Shown: positions 1 to 6,781 of the stretch, piece by piece
How the letters are laid out: each line of letters starts with the position of its first letter
Position numbering within the stretch: the stretch's first letter is position 1
Source: a virus
Taxonomy: Duplodnaviria; Caudoviricetes
IMG/VR virus record: IMGVR_UViG_3300037462_000205
Coordinates: 1 to 42,816 of that record
DNA length: 42,816 bases
Direction: 5' to 3' (one strand)
Notes under the pieces: generated by a model
Told to the model about the DNA's origin: nothing
Seen by the model: the letters and a program-made list of their open reading frames with translations, nothing else
The model's database searches: none
Translations under genes and position numbers: made by a program

Positions 1-258
1 ATCCTTTCCCGTTCGGTCAAAAAATCGGGATCGCGCTTGATGGCGTCACCAATCCACTCCAGCGCCATAGCGTTCAAGTCGGCTTTCTCTTGCCCGTCGA
101 TTAAATCCAGCAATTCGGGAGCCCATGGACAGCCTTGCAGCCTCTGGCTTTCCAGCCATTCGCGCGCGTTCAAATGGACATAGGCCATCAGGAAACGTCC
201 TTTTCATCCTCAGCGCCGCAGCGCGTGCAGGTTAGTCCGATACACCCGCCCGATCGTG
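1..258. repeat. Terminal direct repeat, left copy (circular overlap)
   Basis: Matches 42559-42816 except at positions 127 and 129. Gene 188-313 runs directly into the start of gene 42387-42746 across the join. Confidence 0.97.
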
Positions 259-313
259 TGCCGTTCGGCTCCCAGTCATGAGCGCAGGTTTCCGGGTCTG
301 GATTGTTGGTCAC
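188..313 (-). CDS. Small putative zinc-binding protein (41 aa)
   Basis: Read manually: MTNNPDPETCAHDWEPNGTRSGGCIGLTCTRCGAEDEKDVS. Has a C-x-H...C-x-x-C pattern and overlaps both neighbours (GTGA, TGATG). Confidence 0.6.
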   Translation of the reverse strand: MTNNPDPETCAHDWEPNGTRSGGCIGLTCTRCGAEDEKDVS

Positions 314-681
314 AGGATCAACTCCAGAAATTCGGGCGACAACTCACCTTCATCCGTGAAAACACGCTCGCAAATTTCCGCTTGTTCATCATCGATCCAC
401 AAAGGCCAAGGATCGCGGGAATTGAGAGGGCGCGACAGATGCAGGCGCCGTCCGTCAATAGCGAAAGGGACATTGGCGACAGTGGTTGATCCATCATCCT
501 GACTCTGTTCGATCCTGAAAGCTTCGCCTGTGTGGTCGCCTGGGTCATATGTGTTGCGAAATGCGCCGAGCGTTGCCTTGTGATCGCGCAGATTGTCCAA
601 ACAGATCCACAGGCGCCCGTAGCACTTGAGAAGGTCCGCTTCGTTGAACAGATCGCGCGGGATTACTCGCTGATAGGTCAT
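310..681 (-). CDS. Hypothetical early protein
   Basis: ORF 310..687. ATG at 681 follows an AAGGA Shine-Dalgarno (SD); tightly packed with neighbours. Confidence 0.75.
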   Translation of the reverse strand: MTYQRVIPRDLFNEADLLKCYGRLWICLDNLRDHKATLGAFRNTYDPGDHTGEAFRIEQSQDDGSTTVANVPFAIDGRRLHLSRPLNSRDPWPLWIDDEQAEICERVFTDEGELSPEFLELIL

Positions 682-683
682 GC

Positions 684-839
684 TCAATTTTCCTTCAAAT
701 TTTCGTCATGATCGATTGCGACATAATAGCGCCATGCGCCGCCGCGGGATTGCTTGCGGAATAGTGCGGAATTGGCAAAGCCGCCTCGATCATACCATTC
801 GCGCTTAGTGATACGTTTCTTACGTTCGCGCTGTGCCAT
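684..839 (-). CDS. Small basic hypothetical protein (51 aa)
   Basis: Read manually: MAQRERKKRITKREWYDRGGF...LKEN. GGAGG SD; fills the gap between neighbours exactly. Confidence 0.6.
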   Translation of the reverse strand: MAQRERKKRITKREWYDRGGFANSALFRKQSRGGAWRYYVAIDHDENLKEN

Positions 840-1202
840 TTACTCAGCCTCCACAAAATTGACGACAAGGCGGCGCGTCGCTTCTGGCAGATCAAGCCAG
901 CGAATGCGCCTATGTTTGCTACGATAGCGATACGCTGCAACCTGATATGCCTCATATTCGAGAGCGCCGGACACACCCCCGTTTTCAGACGTGCCGAGCC
1001 CCGTCAGCCATGTGTTGCCGTAGCGGTCGCATCCGGGCGCGCTCGATCCATCCCGGTTAACGTGATACGCTTGCGAACCGTCAAACCAGATTGTGAACCT
1101 ATCGGCAAATGCCGGATGGTCGAACACGTCTAGGACGTAGTGAGGCGCCCCTTCAAGCCAACGCTTGCCCGCGCGCCGCGGCGAATACTTGCGCCCGCTC
1201 AT
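840..1202 (-). CDS. Hypothetical protein
   Basis: 120-aa ORF coupled to its neighbours. Confidence 0.75.
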   Translation of the reverse strand: MSGRKYSPRRAGKRWLEGAPHYVLDVFDHPAFADRFTIWFDGSQAYHVNRDGSSAPGCDRYGNTWLTGLGTSENGGVSGALEYEAYQVAAYRYRSKHRRIRWLDLPEATRRLVVNFVEAE

Positions 1203-1372
1203 GTCACAGGCTCCAGAAATTCGACACGCAGCGACATAGTGCCGAGCCCGAACCGGACAGCGACCGCGCCGAACCGTTCACCCCTGACAACGTGCCAGTC
1301 TCGATTGTGCAAGCCTAGGTGAGGTCCGACATAGCGGACAATATCACCTTTGCGGAATTTTCTCTTTTCCAT
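1199..1372 (-). CDS. Small hypothetical protein (KOW/SH3-like)
   Basis: FRKGDIVRY motif; GGAG SD before the ATG at 1372. Confidence 0.55.
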   Translation of the reverse strand: MEKRKFRKGDIVRYVGPHLGLHNRDWHVVRGERFGAVAVRFGLGTMSLRVEFLEPVT

Positions 1373-1410
1373 TTTCCACTCCATTGAAAGCGATATGCCG
1401 TTACGTAGCG

Positions 1411-1980
1411 TCAAAGATCATGCAACGCAATAGGGCGCGCATAGATTGCAGCCTTGCGACCACTAATTTTTTCATACCTGAACCAACCCGCAAAGCTTTC
1501 CAACTTGCGCACATTGGCGAGAGCCCGAACAATGCGCGGCGCTTCGAATTGCCGGACATTGGCAGGGAAGGCCAGCAGCAGCCGACAAGCCAGCCAGGGA
1601 TAGCGCACAGGCTCTTGAGGCAAGACGGACTTGATCCAATCCGCCAAAGCCTGAACGCTGGCAGGATCGCCGCTAGACGCATCCGCAAGGATCGCCGCAA
1701 TCTCTTTGGGCGCCTTATCCTTTGCCGCATCCCCTACGGCTTGCAGTTGAGCGCTTGCCTTGTCAGTGTGTCGCCCGAGCGTGAGAATCAATCCAGGATC
1801 ATCGATCAACCCGCACAATTCGAGAGCGCTGAGAGGGTTGCGGATTGCCAGCGTTTCGAAAATTTTTGCGCCAATGTCGCTAGGCGCATCAGCAACACGT
1901 AAGGCACCGTCCTTGTGCATCCGTTTGGCCTTCGCGTGCGAGATTCGATACTTTTGACAGAATTCGGGCAAGGTCAGCAT
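1411..1980 (-). CDS. Hypothetical protein with possible N-terminal HTH; ends HDL
   Basis: MLTLPEFCQKYRISHAKAKRMHKDG resembles excisionase/AlpA-type HTH starts; GAGG SD. Confidence 0.7.
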   Translation of the reverse strand: MLTLPEFCQKYRISHAKAKRMHKDGALRVADAPSDIGAKIFETLAIRNPLSALELCGLIDDPGLILTLGRHTDKASAQLQAVGDAAKDKAPKEIAAILADASSGDPASVQALADWIKSVLPQEPVRYPWLACRLLLAFPANVRQFEAPRIVRALANVRKLESFAGWFRYEKISGRKAAIYARPIALHDL

Positions 1981-1982
1981 TT

Positions 1983-2114
1983 TTACACATCCTCACTTGC
2001 ATAGGGTGACATATGGCGCGCGCCACATTCCGGGCAATCGTCATCACAGGCACATTCCCATTCGTCCTGCCAATCGCAGCCGCAACGGTCGCATTTGTAA
2101 AAATTTCTCAGCAT
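1983..2114 (-). CDS. Small zinc-ribbon protein (43 aa)
   Basis: Read manually: MLRNFYKCDRCGCDWQDEWECACDDDCPECGARHMSPYASEDV, with CxxC...CPxC. Confidence 0.65.
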   Translation of the reverse strand: MLRNFYKCDRCGCDWQDEWECACDDDCPECGARHMSPYASEDV

Positions 2115-2338
2115 TGCAGAGCCTCATATTCGGAGAAGATCACTTGCAGCGCATCCGCAAATGAGAGGGAAGGTGTGCCAGTCGTCAGAGCGTCGAATTC
2201 ATCGCGGAAAGTTTCCGCATCGTCACCCTGAAAAAATACGTCAGCGCCGCTAGGCTTGTGCTGGACCGAATAGGCCAATCCGTTGCCATAGCTTGTCACC
2301 TGCCAGTCTGGCAGATTATGGATTACACAAGAGCGCAT
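2108..2338 (-). CDS. Hypothetical protein
   Basis: 76-aa ORF with GGAG SD, downstream of the predicted promoter. Confidence 0.7.
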   Translation of the reverse strand: MRSCVIHNLPDWQVTSYGNGLAYSVQHKPSGADVFFQGDDAETFRDEFDALTTGTPSLSFADALQVIFSEYEALQC

Positions 2339-2393
2339 AATTTTTCTCCATTCATAAAACTAACCAGAAAACTTAACGATACTCTTGCAAGCC

Positions 2394-2422
2394 GTATAGC
2401 GAGAGTATGACTTGTATGTCAA
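2394..2422 (-). promoter_or_regulatory. Sigma70-type leftward promoter
   Basis: Minus strand reads TTGACA-N17-CTATAC, an alphaproteobacterial-style -10. An imperfect inverted repeat ATACTCTTGC/GCGAGAGTAT flanks the -10. Confidence 0.6.
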
Positions 2423-2629
2423 CAAGCGTTTCAATTACGCGCGTGCGCGTTACTAGCTTGCCCGGCGCTGCGCTGCGCTACGCTACGGCCTAAGGGCCTC
2501 CGCTCCACTCCGCTTCGCGCTCATCCGACAATCAAAAAATATTTCAAACTTCTAAAATTCCCGATAATCTGAAAATCTCAAATCCCCGAAAATTCCTTAT
2601 CCCGTGGCATTGCGATTATCACCCGCGCC

Positions 2630-2914
2630 CTAATATCGATACGAATCCTTAAAGACAGCGTTAGGGAAAATTTTCTTGAGTGCGGTGACAATGTGGGCGT
2701 CACATATTCCTTCGATACCCGGATAATCCTTTGCCGTGTTTCCGTAACAAAATTCGGTAATACCAGACCTATGCGCAATCCCCCAAGCTTGGGAGCCCGT
2801 CACCACCATAGAGCATGCCTTAGGTTTACCGTCCGCCCATTTTGATCCGTCCGCCATAAAAGTTTCTGCAAGATTTTTCATCAAGCAAAAATCGTCATGT
2901 GTGATTTTAGTCAT
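2630..2914 (-). CDS. Hypothetical protein
   Basis: ORF 2630..2932; ATG at 2914 follows GAAGG. Confidence 0.7.
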   Translation of the reverse strand: MTKITHDDFCLMKNLAETFMADGSKWADGKPKACSMVVTGSQAWGIAHRSGITEFCYGNTAKDYPGIEGICDAHIVTALKKIFPNAVFKDSYRY

Positions 2915-2925
2915 ACCTTCACCCT

Positions 2926-3072
2926 TCACCATTTCTCAAAAATTCGTTGCCGGTCTCGATAGCTGAACGCGCGCCTTGCCCGTTCTTGATCCCGCAAATG
3001 CCGCCAAGCTGTCAGCCGGTCGAAACCGAATTGCTCTTGCAGCCTCTCCAGCTTGTGTTCGCTGATAGCCAT
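2926..3072 (-). CDS. Small hypothetical protein
   Basis: C-terminal part of ORF 2926..3372 from MAISEHK; TAAGG SD. Confidence 0.55.
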   Translation of the reverse strand: MAISEHKLERLQEQFGFDRLTAWRHLRDQERARRAFSYRDRQRIFEKW

Positions 3073-3076
3073 TGCC

Positions 3077-3259
3077 TTAGCCCTTCCCATTGTCCCGAAT
3101 GCGGGTATTAGCCTCGCCAGCCGCGCGCAGATAGTCGCGACGCTTTTCAGCATCCGCCAGCGTCGCGAATTCCCCGCAGAAAATCCAAGTGCGCTGGCGG
3201 CTGCAAAAGCTTGCGACCGAATAACGCCCGGTCGGCAATCCATTTCTGTAAAGCGGCAT
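3077..3259 (-). CDS. Small hypothetical protein
   Basis: Starts MPLYRNG with AAGGG SD; first gene of the leftward arm. Confidence 0.6.
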   Translation of the reverse strand: MPLYRNGLPTGRYSVASFCSRQRTWIFCGEFATLADAEKRRDYLRAAGEANTRIRDNGKG

Positions 3260-3848
3260 GTCTGAATTCCCTTCGAGTTGATGATTCGCTGATAGCATAT
3301 ACCGCAACGTAAGCAAGCGGAAAATGCGCTTTCCCGCATTATTTGACGTTGCGGCATATTAGGGCTTACCAAGGGATGCGAATCGGGTTAGAAAATAGGG
3401 GCAAGGCGAGAAACCGTGAGCAATCTAGGCAATCCCCCATTGCCAGAGCCCAATGCAAAAGCGTTGCATATCTCGCCTTGCACCGAATAGGTTAACGCAA
3501 CGTCAACCATTCAAGGCTTGGTTAATTGGTTAACGTGACGTAAGGTTAATGAACGGTAAAAAGGGACCCGCTCGTGAAATTTTCGGGACCGGGGGGATAC
3601 CTTCGAGCGGCGCAATGGCTGACCCGGCCACCCCACCGCATAAAACATATACCATTTTCCCACCTCCCTACCGCAACGTCAACTTGACAACGCCTCCCCA
3701 CCATTCTAACGCATCCTCATGCCTGCGGTAATCGGGCGGACGCTGCGCGGTTCATGTTTGCGATGCAATCCAATGCTCGCAGAGTTTTGCACCGAACTGA
3801 AACAGCCCGCACAGGTTGCGCAGCACCTTCACATCAGGAGCAATCCTC
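3260..3848. promoter_or_regulatory. Divergent non-coding control region
   Basis: Strand switch point. Contains a repeated CCGCAACGTCAA motif, TTAA-N7-TTAA-like boxes, TTGACA at 3684 and G/C homopolymer tracts. Confidence 0.65.
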
Positions 3849-3962
3849 ATGCCCGACGACGAACCCGAAGTGATCGAGATCGGCCCTCCCGACCCCACAA
3901 CTGGCCTCCCAACCATCCCGGCCGACATTGACCGCGACGGCCCGCCGAAATTCAAGGGTTGA
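3849..3962 (+). CDS. Small acidic Pro-rich protein (37 aa)
   Basis: Read manually: MPDDEPEVIEIGPPDPTTGLPTIPADIDRDGPPKFKG. CAGGAG SD; followed by a terminator. Confidence 0.55.
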   Translation: MPDDEPEVIEIGPPDPTTGLPTIPADIDRDGPPKFKG

Positions 3963-4024
3963 CGGCCTGAACCAATATCGACATACCGGTCAAGCCCATC
4001 CGGGCATCCTCTCCCAAACTCCCG

Positions 4025-4069
4025 ACCCCCGGTTCCCCACCCCCATCCCCGGAACCGGGGGTTTCTTTT
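4025..4069 (+). terminator. Rho-independent terminator
   Basis: Perfect 12-bp stem ACCCCCGGTTCC/GGAACCGGGGGT followed by TTCTTTT. TTGACA follows at 4075. Confidence 0.75.
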
Positions 4070-4131
4070 GCCTATTGACAGCGTGGAAGCATTGCTTCAT
4101 GTATTCGACCGCAGATCAAGAAGGTGTCACC

Positions 4132-4350
4132 ATGCTCAAGCCACTTCACGAACGCGGAACCCGGTTGGTGCAATTGCAGGGTATGTTGACCGCCAGAACC
4201 GGAGCGGACGGCAAGCCCATTCCCGGCTACGAAAAGAACGTCGAAATGCTGCGCGAGCAGATTGCCCGCCTCGAAAAAGTGGACTTGACGACAATCCGCG
4301 AGCAGTCCGACGATCAGCCTGCCGTGGCCTCTGAAAGCCCTATGCGGTAA
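4132..4350 (+). CDS. Hypothetical coiled-coil protein
   Basis: ATG at 4132 follows AAGGTG. Confidence 0.65.
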   Translation: MLKPLHERGTRLVQLQGMLTARTGADGKPIPGYEKNVEMLREQIARLEKVDLTTIREQSDDQPAVASESPMR

Positions 4351-4368
4351 CAAGAACGGAATAAGAAC

Positions 4369-4674
4369 ATGATGCCGAGACACGAGAATCCCGTTGTCGA
4401 CTTCCTCGCGCGCCTCAAGGCCCTCGACAAGACCGGCTTCACCCCTCGGGACGTTCTGATCGTCTATGCGATCATCAACAAGCCTGGGTGCTCAGGCATC
4501 GACGTATGCAATGCTATCGGCGTCGAGAACCACGCCAATATCCGGTGCAACCTCCAGCGGCTCCAGCGCTTCGGTCTGATCGAGGACCGGCGAGACATAA
4601 GCGCCAAGGCCGTTCCGTCCGTCCTTGTGCCTCTCCCCAAGGCTCATGAGTTTTGGGAAAGCATCAAGCCGTGA
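4369..4674 (+). CDS. Winged-helix DNA-binding protein (MarR-like)
   Basis: TPRDVLIVYAI..KPG.S..DV....G......IR.NL.RL...GLI pattern. Confidence 0.65.
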   Translation: MMPRHENPVVDFLARLKALDKTGFTPRDVLIVYAIINKPGCSGIDVCNAIGVENHANIRCNLQRLQRFGLIEDRRDISAKAVPSVLVPLPKAHEFWESIKP

Positions 4675-4877
4675 TCTATGACGACGCTACCTGCTATCGC
4701 TGCGGCGCGAACGCATGGACCTCATGCCAGCATCGGGAGGCAGTCAGGGAGCCGCCGAGTTTCGTTGGTAAGCCTGACCGGCAGGAGTATGCAAAAATCC
4801 GCGCGGGCGGTGGCAAATATGGCTTCAAGTCCGCTTCGGCAGGACTGAATTTCAAGACCAGAAAGCGTGGCAAATGA
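4671..4877 (+). CDS. Small hypothetical protein with CxxC
   Basis: GTGA and ATGA overlaps with neighbours. Confidence 0.6.
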   Translation: MIYDDATCYRCGANAWTSCQHREAVREPPSFVGKPDRQEYAKIRAGGGKYGFKSASAGLNFKTRKRGK

Positions 4878-5104
4878 GCGAAAAGATAGTCGAACTGGCG
4901 AGCGTTAAGAAGGGCGATCCTGAATTTACCGCAGTGCTGCAAGAGATCACTGATCGCTTTGCACGTGGCGAGATCAGCGAAATCGTGGTAATCACCAATG
5001 ATCGCGTCAATAACGATTTCCGCACTTTCGGAGATTGGCAGGATCGCTGGCGGATGGTCGGAGCGATCGAGAACGCCAAAATGAGGACCATGTTCAGTGA
5101 CTGA
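4874..5104 (+). CDS. Hypothetical protein
   Basis: 76-aa ORF coupled to its neighbours. Confidence 0.7.
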   Translation: MSEKIVELASVKKGDPEFTAVLQEITDRFARGEISEIVVITNDRVNNDFRTFGDWQDRWRMVGAIENAKMRTMFSD

Positions 5105-5438
5105 CGAAGCCAAGTCCACTGACCTGATGCAGCCGACACGCGATCTCGCCAAGTTGCCGATGATTTCCGCTGAACAATATCAGCACGTAGGCCGCTATGC
5201 TGGCGCGCTCGTCATGTCCTGCTTCGAGCAGATCGGTGGCCTCGGGCGTATGGCTGCATGGGCTGACACCAACCCGACCGATTTTTACACCAAGCTGTTC
5301 CCGAAGATGATTTCGCGCAGCGCCCAAGTCGACGTAAGCGGGACCTTGACGATTGACGACGCCATCACCCGGCTGGAGCGCATGGACGAAACCATCGAAG
5401 GCCAATTCGAGGAAATCCCCCAGCAATACGATCTTTGA
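5097..5438 (+). CDS. Hypothetical protein, candidate terminase small subunit; ends YDL
   Basis: Lies upstream of terL. The WA..NP..FY..L....I...VDVSG pattern resembles phage TerS-like proteins; function is inferred. Confidence 0.5.
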   Translation: MTDEAKSTDLMQPTRDLAKLPMISAEQYQHVGRYAGALVMSCFEQIGGLGRMAAWADTNPTDFYTKLFPKMISRSAQVDVSGTLTIDDAITRLERMDETIEGQFEEIPQQYDL

Positions 5439-5454
5439 CCACAGGAGAACGACT

Positions 5455-5655
5455 GTGACCTACGAACGAATGCACGGACGCGAGGAAGGGCTTGCCGAGC
5501 GCCTGAAAATGTGGCGGCGCCATCTGGCAACCGACCGACGCTACCCTTGGCTCGGCAGCGGCATCTGCGACGACCTCGTGACCGCTGCCCGCCTTCTCGG
5601 CGCTGACGTGTCCGAATTCGAACAGACGCCGCAGCAACTGGAGTATGACCTGTGA
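5455..5655 (+). CDS. Hypothetical protein; ends YDL
   Basis: CAGGAG SD and GTG start. Confidence 0.7.
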   Translation: MTYERMHGREEGLAERLKMWRRHLATDRRYPWLGSGICDDLVTAARLLGADVSEFEQTPQQLEYDL

Positions 5656-5912
5656 CCGACATTGCCGAAACCCTTGCCGAGCGCGGCACTCGCTACGGGG
5701 ATTTCTCCGAACACGCGCGCATCACGCAGAACATCAAGGCGGCGATGATGGACAGCCCGAATTGGGCTTCGCTGCCACCTGACATGAAGGAAGCGCTGGA
5801 AATGATCGCGCACAAGATCGGGCGCATCCTGAACGGTGATCCGAACTATCACGATAGCTGGCACGATATTGTCGGCTATACCAAACTCGTAGCAGATCGG
5901 CTTGTGCCGTGA
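5652..5912 (+). CDS. DUF6378-like phage protein
   Basis: ERG.RYGDF...KIGRI.NG....DSW.DI.GY signature. Confidence 0.8.
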   Translation: MTDIAETLAERGTRYGDFSEHARITQNIKAAMMDSPNWASLPPDMKEALEMIAHKIGRILNGDPNYHDSWHDIVGYTKLVADRLVP

Positions 5913-6214
5913 CCGCCGCCCGCGACCGCAAGGAAGCCGCCCGCATTCTCGGTATCACGATGCAGGCGCAGCTTCGGGAATTGCAAAGCGCTGTCGGACA
6001 GAACGCAATCGAATTCGCGGCGATCCGGCTCGGAGACACTTTCAACCGCAACAGCGAATTCATCTGTTGGGTCCTCAAGGAATACGGCGGCGTCCAGCAG
6101 ATGCCATTTCCTCGATCCGAGCCTGCAAAGCGCCCGAATCTGAAAGTCGTCGAAGCCTCCGCCGATGTTCCGCAATTGCCGGAATTTCTGACTGATCCCA
6201 AGACGGTGATTTGA
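5909..6214 (+). CDS. Hypothetical protein
   Basis: 101-aa ORF with GTGA overlap. Confidence 0.7.
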   Translation: MTAARDRKEAARILGITMQAQLRELQSAVGQNAIEFAAIRLGDTFNRNSEFICWVLKEYGGVQQMPFPRSEPAKRPNLKVVEASADVPQLPEFLTDPKTVI

Positions 6215-6253
6215 TCCATTGACTAATACCTCTTCATGCTGCAAATCAGTAGT

Positions 6254-6781
6254 ATGAGAAAATGGAAGCATCCGAGCACGCAGACGCGATCGACCTACAC
6301 CTCATGGGTCAATATGCGGCTGCGTTGCTCCAACCCGAACCATCCACTTTGGCAGCACTACGGCGGACGAGGTATCCGTGTATGCGACGAGTGGAATATG
6401 AGTTACGACGAATTCTACGAAGCAATGGGTGATCGACCAGAAGGTTATACTATTGACCGGATCGACAACGACCGAGGGTATGAACCGGGAAACTGTCGAT
6501 GGGTGTCTATGGCGGTCCAAAACCGAAATAATCGGCGGACACATCTGATCTCGCATAAAGGTGAGACGCTTCCGTTGGTGGATTGGGCCAAGAGATACGG
6601 ATTTACACCAACTGGTATGCGAGCAAGATTGAAGAAGCTTCCAAGAGAAATTGCGCTATCCTCAGAAAATCAGCGACCGATCAAAAAGCACGGCACCTTG
6701 ACCATGTATGTCGCAGATAAGTGCAGATGCGAAATTTGCCGAAAAGCTTACAGTGACTACCAAAAGGCCCGCAGAAAATGA
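6254..6781 (+). CDS. HNH homing endonuclease
   Basis: YGGRGI.VC..W, TIDRIDND.GY.P.NCRW and a C-terminal HGT...CRC..C. Lower GC; sits directly before terL. Confidence 0.85.
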   Translation: MRKWKHPSTQTRSTYTSWVNMRLRCSNPNHPLWQHYGGRGIRVCDEWNMSYDEFYEAMGDRPEGYTIDRIDNDRGYEPGNCRWVSMAVQNRNNRRTHLISHKGETLPLVDWAKRYGFTPTGMRARLKKLPREIALSSENQRPIKKHGTLTMYVADKCRCEICRKAYSDYQKARRK

